Shown here in pieces: positions 47,767 through 57,141 of a DNA stretch of 64,000 bases. Every line of letters begins with the position of its first letter. The first letter of the stretch is position 1. Source of the stretch: an uncultured Bacteroidaceae bacterium (GTDB taxonomy: Bacteria > Bacteroidota > Bacteroidia > Bacteroidales > Bacteroidaceae); assembly GCA_964423665.1 (NCBI GenBank), contig CAYRFX010000002.1, forward strand, positions 4,245-68,244, in the 5' to 3' direction. A model generated the notes under the pieces. The model searched no databases, had not been told where the DNA came from, and saw only the letters and a list, made by a program, of their open reading frames with translations. The position numbers and the translations under genes were made by a program.

Positions 47767-48384
47767 TCAAATAGGGAACCAAATGAAAACCGCGACGTCC
47801 CATAGGGCGTGAGAAAGGATTATCGCACCAAAATGCTGAGGGAAGAAACGATACAACACACCCCATGCAAAACCGGCAACCAGCGCAGCCATTGTGAGCA
47901 TAAAATTACAAGAGCCGGCATGTACAAGAGCATATACAGCGGTGGTAAGAATAAAGCCCATATTTGGATTAACACGTTCCGACAAGGTACGCTGCACATA
48001 ACCTCGCCAAAAAATCTCCTCGGCGGGACCTATGATAAAAAGCATGAGAAATGTGAGAAGCCACAAAGACTCACCCGATTTCATTCCATAGATAGTATCA
48101 ACCTGGGGACGGGCAAAATCAAACATCAACTGCGACACCTTGTCGCCCACCCAAAAGACGAGCCATAGAGCCACGGCTATTGCCACACCTAAAAGTATCT
48201 CACTTAATGAAAAACGTATTTCTCTCCACCAACCCGGGCGGAATTTTACTGCCAGCAACGACAACACGGCAGCCGATGCAGTCATTGCCCACCAAAAGTT
48301 TACATAAGGCGCAGTGAGCGGGGAGAACATCAGAGTCCACAGAACCGCAGCAAGAAATATGGTGAAACAAACTCTTTTAATCAT
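47767..48384 (-). CDS. CPBP-family (CAAX / type II prenyl protease-like) intramembrane metalloprotease
   Basis: Polytopic; motifs GPAEEIFWRGY (EExxxR) and HALWD. The ATG at 48384 forms an ATGA overlap with the upstream gene's stop. Confidence 0.8.
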   Translation of the reverse strand: MIKRVCFTIFLAAVLWTLMFSPLTAPYVNFWWAMTASAAVLSLLAVKFRPGWWREIRFSLSEILLGVAIAVALWLVFWVGDKVSQLMFDFARPQVDTIYGMKSGESLWLLTFLMLFIIGPAEEIFWRGYVQRTLSERVNPNMGFILTTAVYALVHAGSCNFMLTMAALVAGFAWGVLYRFFPQHFGAIILSHALWDVAVFIWFPI

Positions 48385-49271
48385 TGACACGCTGCAATAA
48401 AGAGAGAGAAAGAAAGCAACAAACTGAACATCAACTGAAGCATGGCAGCAGCCTCATCTGCCCCCACAAGAGCCTTGCCATCGGAAGAGAGAAAATCCAA
48501 CGCCTTGCGAGAAACCCCTATTACAGGTTTCAGGGCGAGCAACACAAGCAACGACCATAAGGGGAACAGACCGCAAACAACACAGGCGATGACCCACACA
48601 AAAGGGAAGAGCAACTCCATGCAAAAGAGCACAGCAGAGAGCTTCTTGCCCGCAAGCATTGCAAAAGTCTTTATGCCGGCACGTTCATCGTGCTCAATAT
48701 CGCGCATATTATTCACATGCAAAATACCCATCGTTATAAGCCCTATGGGAACTGAGAGCCACAATGTTTCCAACCTCACTGCGCCCGTTGCCACATAAGA
48801 TATTCCCAAAAGAGGTAACAGAGAGTATGTGAGAAATATATCAACATCGCCGAGGGCGTGGGATTTAAGCCACGGATAAAGAAGGGTGAGAGCTGCACCT
48901 GCAAGACCAAAATAGAGTACTGGCAACCCTGTAAAGCATAGCAACAAAATACCCGAAGCCACAGCAACAAGAAGGAGCACCACTGCCAATGAACGAATCT
49001 CACAGGGAGCAAACTCACCACTGGTTATGGAGACACCGCCCACGGTATCATCTCTGTCGATTCCTTTTATATAATCGAAATAATCGCTCCAGGTGTTGCC
49101 GGCTGCATGAAAGGCTACGACATTCAGCAAGGTCCATAGAGATATCAACCAATTTATCTCATGCCCGCGCCAAAAAAGGAATGCCACGGCTACGAATATC
49201 GGCATTGCCGATGCCGGAAACGACCACGGGCGGGTTGCAAACAGCCATCTTTGGAAACTATGTTTTTTCAT
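48381..49271 (-). CDS. UbiA-family aromatic prenyltransferase (MenA-like)
   Basis: Polytopic; N-terminus WLFATRPWSFPASAMPIF and Asp-rich motif GNTWSDYFDYIKGIDRDD. Start at ATG 49271 (MKKHSFQRW). Substrate assignment is uncertain. Confidence 0.7.
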   Translation of the reverse strand: MKKHSFQRWLFATRPWSFPASAMPIFVAVAFLFWRGHEINWLISLWTLLNVVAFHAAGNTWSDYFDYIKGIDRDDTVGGVSITSGEFAPCEIRSLAVVLLLVAVASGILLLCFTGLPVLYFGLAGAALTLLYPWLKSHALGDVDIFLTYSLLPLLGISYVATGAVRLETLWLSVPIGLITMGILHVNNMRDIEHDERAGIKTFAMLAGKKLSAVLFCMELLFPFVWVIACVVCGLFPLWSLLVLLALKPVIGVSRKALDFLSSDGKALVGADEAAAMLQLMFSLLLSFSLFIAACQ

Positions 49272-49335
49272 CTGTCCAATAATTTTATGTTTATGATAAT
49301 CATCGTTACTTCTCCACAAAGCATATAAAAAGCAA

Positions 49336-49366
49336 AATCCTCGACAATCGTAGATTATCGAGGATT
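49336..49366 (-). terminator. Hairpin downstream of tRNA-Pro
   Basis: A 13-bp stem with one mismatch and a 5-nt loop, T-rich downstream on the minus strand, 10 nt after the tRNA 3' end. Confidence 0.55.
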
Positions 49367-49375
49367 CCAGACTTG

Positions 49376-49450
49376 TCGGGATGACTGGATTCGAACCAGC
49401 GACACCACGCCCCCCAGACGTGTACTCTAACCGGGCTGAGCTACATCCCG
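49376..49450 (-). tRNA. tRNA-Pro, anticodon GGG
   Basis: Manual cloverleaf on the reverse complement. Acceptor CGGGATG/CATCCCG. D-arm GCTC/GAGT. Anticodon stem CACGT/GCGTG with loop CTGGGGG (anticodon GGG, G37). Variable loop GTGTC. T-arm GCTGG-TTCGAAT-CCAGT. Discriminator A. No encoded CCA. Confidence 0.9.
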
Positions 49451-49474
49451 CGACATTCTGCCTGTTTGCGAGTG

Positions 49475-49482
49475 CAAAGGTA
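49475..49482 (-). promoter_or_regulatory. Candidate -7 box (TACCTTTG) for tRNA-Pro
   Basis: Exact TAnnTTTG on the minus strand, 24 nt upstream of the mature tRNA 5' end. Confidence 0.45.
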
Positions 49483-49583
49483 CACCTTTTTTATCAATAT
49501 GCAACTATCTTTTGAAAAAAATATCTGCAAAATTTTATTTTTCTTTCAAAAACGGATTACAGCCGCCTTTTAAGAGGGTTCTT

Positions 49584-51356
49584 TTATTCCCACTTTGTGA
49601 CATTTTGCACCTCGCGCATCACACGCAACCAGTTACCGCCCCATATTTTTTCAATCTCGGAAAGTGAAAAACCACGGCGCAGAAGCTCGCGCGTTACGTT
49701 GCGCAGCTGCGATGCGTCACTGCAACCAATCACAGCACCATCGCCATCAAAATCTGTGCCTATACCCACATGGTCTATCCCCGCCACATCTATCGCATGC
49801 AACAGGTGCTGTATAAAATCCTCAAGAGCAGCCTTGCCCTCTTTGCGCAAGAAACCGCTGTACATGGTTATTTGCGCCACACCACCTTTTGCAGCCAACG
49901 CACGCAGCTGCTCATCGGTGAGATTGCGCGGGTGATCGCACAGAGCTTTACAAGAGGAATGAGAGCAAACCACCGGCAGAGAGCTTGCCTGCAACACGTT
50001 ATAAAAAGTACTCTCGGCGGCATGAGAGAGATCTATCAGCATACCCACACGGTTCATCTCTGCAACCACTTTATAACCAAATTCGCTGAGACCGCCATGC
50101 TCGCCATTCCCGCGCGCCGAGTCGCAAATATCATTATCGCCGTTGTGGCACAGTGTCATATACACCACTCCGCCGCGACGGAAGCGTTCTATATTTTCAA
50201 GTTCGCAGCCTATCGCATAGCCGTTCTCGATGCCGAGCATGATAACCTTCTTGCCCTCATTCTTCAAACGTTGCAGCTCGCATGGATTATCGGTTATTGC
50301 CACATATTCACTATTCTTTTCCACACGTTCCCTGATGCCTTGCAACAGTGCCGTTGCCTTGGAGGTGGCAGCAGCAAGATAAAGGGCATTGCGCGCCTCT
50401 TGTTTAATATACGCCACCATGGTTACAACATCGAGCGCTCCCTCGTTCATCTTGTGCAAATCGACAAGAGCACGGGTGCTGCGCTCTTCAAGCGCATAAC
50501 CGTCGCCAAAGAGCATGGGAGTGTCGCAATGCGAATCTATTGATAATATTTTTGAATGAACAGCCTTTGCTTCGCTGTAGAGACGCGCCTCGCCTACAAG
50601 CCAACGGAAGAGAGGCATCATGCAGGGATTATTGTCTTTCAATATAAAGGTTTCGGGGTGCCATTGCACGCCTATAATAGAACGCCCATCGGTAGCTTCC
50701 ATCGCCTCTATCACACCATCGGGAGACACTGCCGACACTGCAAAGCCCTGTGGCACACGGCTCACCGCTTGATGATGAAAGGTATTCACAAACAGTTTAT
50801 CACAACCGAAGATAGCGGCGAGACGGCTGCCCTCGCTGAAATTTACCCAATGCGTAGCAACACCGCGCTCCTCGCTCTGGTCGTGATTGAGCAGATTACT
50901 GCCAAGCGCGGCATATATATCCTGATGCACGCTGCCGCCAAGAGCCGCCGCGAGTGTTTGTATTCCACGACATATTCCCAAGATGGGCAGCCCTCTATCC
51001 ACTGCAAGCAACGCTAGCATGAGTTCCTGCTCGTCACGCGTGGGATTTATTGTGTGCAACAGATTATAATCGGGTTCCTCGTTCATATATCGCGGATCGA
51101 TATCCGCACCGCCTGAGAGCAGCACACCATCGAGCATGGAGAGAAGCTCAACCAACGCCTCACGATTACCATACGGCGGAATTATCACAGGGGAACCACC
51201 CGCTGCAAGCACCGATGAGTAGTAGCCCTCGGCAAGAGTGGCAAGGCGTTCATCGTTATAATTGGCAGTGATGCCTATGATGGGACGACGCTGCCCCACA
51301 GGGTATTTTTTATGCAATGCCACGTACTCGGCACCCAAATTGAATTTATCGCTCAT
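49584..51356 (-). CDS. Fusion protein: peptidase C26 / class I glutamine amidotransferase-like hydrolase plus M19 membrane-type dipeptidase
   Basis: The N-terminal half has LPILGICRGIQTLAAALGG...WHPE (Cys-His nucleophile pair). The C-terminal half has IDSHCDTP...MTLCHNGDN...SHSS...IGTDFDG, typical of the renal dipeptidase family. Confidence 0.8.
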   Translation of the reverse strand: MSDKFNLGAEYVALHKKYPVGQRRPIIGITANYNDERLATLAEGYYSSVLAAGGSPVIIPPYGNREALVELLSMLDGVLLSGGADIDPRYMNEEPDYNLLHTINPTRDEQELMLALLAVDRGLPILGICRGIQTLAAALGGSVHQDIYAALGSNLLNHDQSEERGVATHWVNFSEGSRLAAIFGCDKLFVNTFHHQAVSRVPQGFAVSAVSPDGVIEAMEATDGRSIIGVQWHPETFILKDNNPCMMPLFRWLVGEARLYSEAKAVHSKILSIDSHCDTPMLFGDGYALEERSTRALVDLHKMNEGALDVVTMVAYIKQEARNALYLAAATSKATALLQGIRERVEKNSEYVAITDNPCELQRLKNEGKKVIMLGIENGYAIGCELENIERFRRGGVVYMTLCHNGDNDICDSARGNGEHGGLSEFGYKVVAEMNRVGMLIDLSHAAESTFYNVLQASSLPVVCSHSSCKALCDHPRNLTDEQLRALAAKGGVAQITMYSGFLRKEGKAALEDFIQHLLHAIDVAGIDHVGIGTDFDGDGAVIGCSDASQLRNVTRELLRRGFSLSEIEKIWGGNWLRVMREVQNVTKWE

Positions 51357-51376
51357 TTGTTTACTATTATATGTCG

Positions 51377-51384
51377 CAAATGTA
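51377..51384 (-). promoter_or_regulatory. Candidate -7 box (TACATTTG) for the C26-M19 gene
   Basis: Exact TAnnTTTG on the minus strand, 21 nt upstream of ATG 51356. Confidence 0.4.
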
Positions 51385-51483
51385 CAAAATTAAGTGCCAC
51401 TGCACCCATAAAAAGCGAAAGAATGAATTGTTTTCACAAATTTAACATAAATTAATGCCGCGAGAAGATTTTAATACACATCA

Positions 51484-51519
51484 CCAAAAAAGGCAACCTG
51501 CACAGGTTGCCTTTTTTGG
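51484..51519 (-). terminator. Rho-independent terminator after the Lrp/AsnC gene
   Basis: A GC-rich stem ggcaacc/ggttgcc flanked by A6 and T6 tracts, 10 nt downstream of the stop at 51529. Confidence 0.75.
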
Positions 51520-51528
51520 TGGATAATA

Positions 51529-51996
51529 TTACTCCATTGGGAGATTGCGTTTAATACCGCTGTCGAGCATTATCATTGTCTCTGTGCTCACCACACCGGG
51601 AATATCCTGTATTGCGCCGTTGAGCAGCAGCATAAGATGCTCATTATCGTGGGCATACATTTTTGCCAAGATGGAATAAGGACCGGTGGTGTAGCAGCAC
51701 TCCACAACCTCGGGAATTCCGCGCAGGCTCTCAACCACCTCCTTGTACATTGAACCCTTCTCCAATCTTATTCCTATATATGTACAAGTTTTGTAGCCCA
51801 GACGACGAACATCAATCTCGTAGCTTGAACCCGATATTATTCCCATATCTATAAGATGCTGCACGCGCAAGTGGATAGCCGCACGCGACACACCACACGC
51901 CTCTGCCACATTGCGGAAGGGAACACGGGCGTCTTTTGATATGATACTTAAAATCTTAAGGTCAAGACTATCTATTTTACATTCTGTGGTTTTCAT
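51529..51996 (-). CDS. Lrp/AsnC-family transcriptional regulator
   Basis: N-terminal HTH LDLKILSIISKDARVPFRNVAEACGVSRAAIHLRVQHL plus a C-terminal RAM-type ligand domain. Start at ATG 51996. Confidence 0.85.
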   Translation of the reverse strand: MKTTECKIDSLDLKILSIISKDARVPFRNVAEACGVSRAAIHLRVQHLIDMGIISGSSYEIDVRRLGYKTCTYIGIRLEKGSMYKEVVESLRGIPEVVECCYTTGPYSILAKMYAHDNEHLMLLLNGAIQDIPGVVSTETMIMLDSGIKRNLPME

Positions 51997-52042
51997 AAGT
52001 TTCTTCTTTTTGTGCACGGGTATTCAACATACACCGCGCTAT

Positions 52043-52864
52043 TTACTTTTCAATATCTATTATCTCTAAATCAAAAACAAGCGTGGTGTATGGCGGTATC
52101 ACATCCTCCATTCCCTCTGCCCCATAAGCAAGTTGCCATGGAATATAAAGAGTGCAGCGTGTTCCCACGGGGAATAATTTAAGAGCCTCGGCAAAGCCGG
52201 GGATTACACCATTCACAGGAAAAGAGAATACCTCCTCGCCCGATGTATCAAAAACTTCTCCGTTGGTAAATGTGCCTTTGTATTTGCACTTCACCACATC
52301 GGCATCAGTGGCAACTGCACCGCTACCCATATACTCCACTTTATATTGCAAACCGCTGGGCAAGGTTGTGACACCATTGCGTCTCTTGTTTTTACGCATA
52401 AAATCCTCGCTCTTGTTCAGATATTTGTTGCGATTGCAATAATCGGCAGCAAAACGCGCTTCAAGCATACTTGAATTGCGGCACACTGCCGCCACGATAC
52501 CCTCGAGGAAGAGTTGCGGATCGAGCCCTTGAGGACCGGCATTCACTATATTCCCCGACTTTTCAAGCATTTCCATAGTGGCGGCTCCCAAACTCAAGCC
52601 ATAGGCATACGCCTTGGATTCGGGTGTTGCGTTTGTGGGATACGAGGCTCGTACACCGGCAATAAATTCATCGAGTGTAGCCTCTGTAATACCCATTTCG
52701 TCATACACCATAGAAGGGAGATGCTGTGCGGCATACATTCCCGCAGAGTATGAAAGAGAGTCGTTGTTGCTTTTCAGCACCACCTCTTTGCTTGCGTGAT
52801 TACCACCACAAGAGGCGAGCAAAAAGGTTGCAACAAACACGACCGACTGAAAAACCCTTTTCAT
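52043..52864 (-). CDS. FKBP-type peptidyl-prolyl isomerase lipoprotein (FkpA-like)
   Basis: Signal MKRVFQSVVFVATFLLASC and a C-terminal FKBP domain LPSGLQYKV...YKGTFTNGEVFDTS...VIPGFAEAL...IPPYTTLVFDLEIIDI. Confidence 0.85.
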   Translation of the reverse strand: MKRVFQSVVFVATFLLASCGGNHASKEVVLKSNNDSLSYSAGMYAAQHLPSMVYDEMGITEATLDEFIAGVRASYPTNATPESKAYAYGLSLGAATMEMLEKSGNIVNAGPQGLDPQLFLEGIVAAVCRNSSMLEARFAADYCNRNKYLNKSEDFMRKNKRRNGVTTLPSGLQYKVEYMGSGAVATDADVVKCKYKGTFTNGEVFDTSGEEVFSFPVNGVIPGFAEALKLFPVGTRCTLYIPWQLAYGAEGMEDVIPPYTTLVFDLEIIDIEK

Positions 52865-52874
52865 CAGTGATTTA

Positions 52875-53459
52875 TTAAAGTACCTTTATGAGTTCTATAT
52901 CAAAGATAAGCGCACTGTAGGGAGGTATCATTTCGCCTGCGCCATTGGCACCATACGCCATATCCTGCGGAATGAAAAGACGCCACTTTGCCCCCTCTTG
53001 CATGAGCTGAAGAGCCTCAACCCAGCCTCTTATCACCTGATTCACACCAAACACCGCAGGCTCGCCGCGACGGATAGAGCTGTCGAATACTGTACCATCG
53101 ATGAGAGTACCCTCATAGTGGCACTGCACGCGGTCTGTTGCAGAAGGTTTCTTTCCTGTTCCCTCGGTTATTACCTGATATTGCAAGCCGCTGGGCAGGG
53201 TTACAACACCCTCTTTCGCCTTATTGGCAGCCAAGAATGCCTCGCCTTCTTCTTTCACCTTTGCATAAGCCTCCTCGGAGAGCTTGCGGAAATGCTCGCT
53301 CACCACCTGCTGCGCCTCGGCATGTGTGAGAGCAGTTTTCTCGCCTGCGAGCACGTCTTTTATACCTTTCACAAAATCATCGATGTTAAGTTCTTTAACA
53401 CCCATCGAGAGGAGATTCTGACCAATCCCCATTCCTAATCCATAACCGAATTTATCCAT
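52875..53459 (-). CDS. FKBP-type peptidyl-prolyl isomerase (FklB-like)
   Basis: LPSGLQYQVITEGTG...YEGTLIDGTVFDSS...VIRGWVEALQLM...IPPYSALIFDIELIKV. Confidence 0.85.
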   Translation of the reverse strand: MDKFGYGLGMGIGQNLLSMGVKELNIDDFVKGIKDVLAGEKTALTHAEAQQVVSEHFRKLSEEAYAKVKEEGEAFLAANKAKEGVVTLPSGLQYQVITEGTGKKPSATDRVQCHYEGTLIDGTVFDSSIRRGEPAVFGVNQVIRGWVEALQLMQEGAKWRLFIPQDMAYGANGAGEMIPPYSALIFDIELIKVL

Positions 53460-53800
53460 AATGGTCTTTGTAATTTTTAATTTATAATATTATTTATATT
53501 CTGTCATTTTGCCATTTGCCCCGAATGAGACAAACTGCGCACATCTGTTGCGAAGATACAATATAATATTTACATTTTGCAAGCAAACAGGCATTTTTTT
53601 GTCATTTTGTATATTCTGCCACAACAAATGGCTTTTTAGAAACGATTTTTGATTTTGGCATTTTGTCATTTGCAGAAAGAGCAAAGATAGTATAAAGTTT
53701 ATGCACTGTATTACATTCAAGCCATGATTTGTACTTTATTTTTTTTGTATTGCCCGAGGTTTGAATTATCTTCGCAACAAATAATATTATATATTCCAAG

Positions 53801-54178
53801 ATGAGCGAAACATTTGTGCTTATAGGCATATTTATTTTTATATTCGGTGGGTTCTTTATGCTGAATAAATTCTATCGCAACAGACCTGTTGCAGAGGAGC
53901 ATCACGACCACGTCGGCGAGGACGGCGTTTGCTGCGGCAGACATTCTAATTGTTCCAAGGGGCTCGACAAGAGAGACTTGTATTTTGATGACGAAGAGTT
54001 AGATGCTTACAAGGGGCGCAAAAGCGACACCTACACCGAGGAAGAGATTGAAGAGTTCCGCAATATCCTTTACACCATGCAAGCCAACGAGGTTGAGGAG
54101 TGGGTTAGCTGCCTGCAAACACGCGGTATAGAGATCCCGCAGGAGGTAAAAGATGAAATCTTGCTGATGTTGCAATAA
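53801..54178 (+). CDS. Small single-pass membrane protein with a His/Cys-rich segment and an acidic C-terminal domain; function unknown
   Basis: 125 aa. Transmembrane helix FVLIGIFIFIFGGFFML, then EEHHDHVGEDGVCCGRHSNC, then an acidic helical tail. The stop lies 1 nt before the porW-like ATG. Confidence 0.6.
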   Translation: MSETFVLIGIFIFIFGGFFMLNKFYRNRPVAEEHHDHVGEDGVCCGRHSNCSKGLDKRDLYFDDEELDAYKGRKSDTYTEEEIEEFRNILYTMQANEVEEWVSCLQTRGIEIPQEVKDEILLMLQ

Positions 54179-54179
54179 A

Positions 54180-57113
54180 ATGCGCTTTTATCAGTTATAT
54201 ATTATTATAATATTTAATAGTAGAGAAGTGAAACACAAAACACACATACACATATTGCCGCTGTTATTGCTTGCCCTGGCATTGTTATGCGCCTGCTCAA
54301 GCAGAAAGAATAACACGGCAAAAACACGTATGTATCACTCATTCTTTGCACGATACAACACATTCTATAATGGCAATGTATCTTTCAAGGAAAGCAAGAA
54401 GATGCAACTCAACGGGCACAAGGACAATTACCTGGAGCTGTTACCCTTGATGATTAACAGCAACGAGACCACAAACAAGATTGGCGCGCCCGGGCTCGAC
54501 CGTGCGATAGAAAAGTCGCAGAAAGCAATAAAGAACCACTCCATTAAAAGAAAGCCCAAAAAGCCTACCGGCAAAAAGCTAAGCGAGAAACAGAAACGTT
54601 TCTATGCACAGAAAGAGTTTAATCCTTTTCTTTGGCGTGCATGGTTCATGATGGCAGATGCCTATTTTGCAAAAGGAGAATTCACAGAAGCTGCAAGCAC
54701 CTACATTTATATCAGCCGCCTGTATGAGAACAATCCCAAGATTGTGGCAAAGGCACGCATAAGGCTTGCAAAATGTTACAACGAGCTCGACTGGCTATAT
54801 GAGAGCGAGGACCTGCTGACCCGTACCAAACGCGACAGCCTGCCCACGTCCTTAGAGAAAGAGTATGCACATGCAAGAGCCGGGCTATTGCTTAAACAGG
54901 AACGCCATAGCGAAGCTGCAGAACAGATAAAGAAGGGTGTTAAACGCAAAGAGACAGAGAAGCTGGACAAAGCACGCGAATACTACCTGATGGGGCAGCT
55001 ATACAAAAAGATTGGAAACAACAAGGAAGCTTTCAGAAACTTTGGAAAGGTAATCTCGCAAAACCCTCCATACGAGCTTGAATTCAACGCACGCATACGC
55101 CAAACAGAATGCCTGACCGACCAAAGCAAAAAAAGCATACTGCGCAAACTGAACAAGATGGCACGCAGCTCCAAAAACAAAAGCTACCTTTCACAGATAT
55201 ATTACGCGATAGGTAATGTACACCTGAATGACAAAGATACAACCGAGGCGGTAAAAGCCTATGAGAAAGGACTTGTAGAGGGCGATGGCAGCGGATACGG
55301 CAGCGGCATGCTCAATCTTTTGCTCGGAAAAATCTATTGGGAGCAGGAAAAATTCTCAAAATCAAAGATCAACTACGAAAAGGCAAAACAGCTTTTGGGC
55401 GAGGATACACCCGAAAAGAAAGAAATAGACTTCAGAAACGAGGTCTTGCAAGAACTTGTGCAATATACCGATGTAATTGAAGAGCAAAGCGAGTTACTTT
55501 ATTGGGCAACCTTGCCACAAGAGCAACTGTTGCAAATAATAGATGAGCGCATAAAAGAGGCAAAAGAGAAAGAGAAACTCCAAAAGAAACAGGAGAAGAA
55601 GGAGAAAAGACAAAATGCCGCCGACAACCTTGCAAACGCAAGCACTGCCGCAGCAATGACAACTACCAACCCCGAAGATGCAAACAAGTGGTATTTCTAT
55701 AATCCCTCAATCGTATCAAAAGGCATACGTTCATTCGCCTCAAAATGGAACAACAGAGAGCTGAAAGACTTCTGGCGATTGAGCAATGGAGTGGTTTTCA
55801 GTGCAGAGAGCGACACAATAGCCGAGGAGGGTGAGATGGTGAATGACAGCATTGGTACTGCAGCCCTGCCCAACGACAGCATTGCAGCCGCCATGGAGGA
55901 GACGGAAGAGACCACCGTAGCCGACTCACTGCCCACCGACCCCACCACACGCGAATATTATTTAAGCAGAATACCCGACAGCGAGGAGGACAAAGAAAAA
56001 GCACACACAGCATTGCGCGATGCGCTCTACGAAGCGGGTATCGTGTTCAAGGATAAAGCCGGAGACAAGAAACATACACTCAAGAACTTGGAAAAGGTTG
56101 TAAACAACTACCCCGAGTTTGAAAAGATGCCCGAGACCTATTATCACCTGTTCCTTGCATGCTCGCGCTGGAACGAGCCGGAAAAAGCCGAATACTACAA
56201 GGAACTGATGATAACACAATTCCCCGACAACGAACTGACTGCACGCATACAGCAACCCGGATTCTTTGAAAGCGTGGCTACAAGGAGACACAACGAGGAC
56301 TCTATGTATGTGAAAGCTTATGACCACTACCGCAAGATGGAATATGCAGCCGTGGAAAATGAAAACATGATGGCACAGGAGCGTTACCCCGAGGGTGATC
56401 ATCGCGCACGCTTCCTCTTTATTGACGCAATGTCCAAACTATATAGCGGCAAACAGAGCGAGGCTTTGGAGGTATTGAAGGAGCTTGTACAGAACCACAG
56501 TTCCGACAGCGTGAGCCGAATAGGAGCAGAAATTACCACCGGCATAGAGCAAGGACGTCTCTTGCGCAGTGGAATTTCACTCTCGATATGGGACAGAAAG
56601 AGCGATGGCACCATAAAAGGAGCAATGGACAGCGTGCCTGCATTCAGCAGCGAGCGCAACGAGCCTTTCTACTTTATTCTTGCCTTCCCCAAAGACTCGC
56701 TCGACGAGAAGCGCCTGTTGTTTGAGATGGCACGCTACAATTTCTCGCGCTACATGGTGCGCAACTTCACTATGGAGTTCCAGGAACTCTCGCATATAAC
56801 CCTGTTCCAGATAAAAGAGTTCCTAAACTTCGATGAAGCATTCGTATATCGCAAACGCCTATATGAGAATGGCGAGATGGCTAAGATTTTAGAAGGGATT
56901 AATGCCTATCTGATATCAAAATCGAACCTCGATTTGTTATTGCAGTATTACAGCTTTGCCGACTATGAGAAGTTCTACGAGGAGACGCTAATGAATATTC
57001 CCGAACTCGAGATTGACGGATATACCCTTGACGAACCGGACTATGGCGAGGAGGAAAAGGCTGTGGAGAATACCGATGCCGCCGGCAATGAGGTAGAGGA
57101 AGAGAATTTGTAG
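54180..57113 (+). CDS. porW: TPR-repeat lipoprotein, probable T9SS component PorW/SprE
   Basis: Lipoprotein signal LLLLALALLCACSS followed by NNTAKTRMYHSFFARYNTFYNGN, the SprE/PorW-type N-terminal pattern as I recall it. Multiple TPR-like repeats, 977 aa, immediately upstream of porX. Confidence 0.6.
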   Translation: MRFYQLYIIIIFNSREVKHKTHIHILPLLLLALALLCACSSRKNNTAKTRMYHSFFARYNTFYNGNVSFKESKKMQLNGHKDNYLELLPLMINSNETTNKIGAPGLDRAIEKSQKAIKNHSIKRKPKKPTGKKLSEKQKRFYAQKEFNPFLWRAWFMMADAYFAKGEFTEAASTYIYISRLYENNPKIVAKARIRLAKCYNELDWLYESEDLLTRTKRDSLPTSLEKEYAHARAGLLLKQERHSEAAEQIKKGVKRKETEKLDKAREYYLMGQLYKKIGNNKEAFRNFGKVISQNPPYELEFNARIRQTECLTDQSKKSILRKLNKMARSSKNKSYLSQIYYAIGNVHLNDKDTTEAVKAYEKGLVEGDGSGYGSGMLNLLLGKIYWEQEKFSKSKINYEKAKQLLGEDTPEKKEIDFRNEVLQELVQYTDVIEEQSELLYWATLPQEQLLQIIDERIKEAKEKEKLQKKQEKKEKRQNAADNLANASTAAAMTTTNPEDANKWYFYNPSIVSKGIRSFASKWNNRELKDFWRLSNGVVFSAESDTIAEEGEMVNDSIGTAALPNDSIAAAMEETEETTVADSLPTDPTTREYYLSRIPDSEEDKEKAHTALRDALYEAGIVFKDKAGDKKHTLKNLEKVVNNYPEFEKMPETYYHLFLACSRWNEPEKAEYYKELMITQFPDNELTARIQQPGFFESVATRRHNEDSMYVKAYDHYRKMEYAAVENENMMAQERYPEGDHRARFLFIDAMSKLYSGKQSEALEVLKELVQNHSSDSVSRIGAEITTGIEQGRLLRSGISLSIWDRKSDGTIKGAMDSVPAFSSERNEPFYFILAFPKDSLDEKRLLFEMARYNFSRYMVRNFTMEFQELSHITLFQIKEFLNFDEAFVYRKRLYENGEMAKILEGINAYLISKSNLDLLLQYYSFADYEKFYEETLMNIPELEIDGYTLDEPDYGEEEKAVENTDAAGNEVEEENL

Positions 57114-57141
57114 ATTAACTAACATTTAAGGAAAACTTATT

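Noticed and set aside
49336-49482. tRNA-Pro as a possible integration site for a genomic island
   Set aside because: I found no integrase, no partial tRNA 3'-end direct repeat nearby, and only ordinary membrane or metabolic genes on both flanks.
53490-53700. Three CATTTTG-containing near-repeats (gtcattttgccatttgcc, gtcattttgtatattctgcc, ggcattttgtcatttgca) in the 340-nt gap upstream of the small membrane protein gene
   Set aside because: The region is very AT-rich and the motif overlaps the generic TTTG promoter elements. I cannot separate a regulator-binding array from chance without comparative data. The short ORFs tracked here (53490-53944, minus strand) look spurious.
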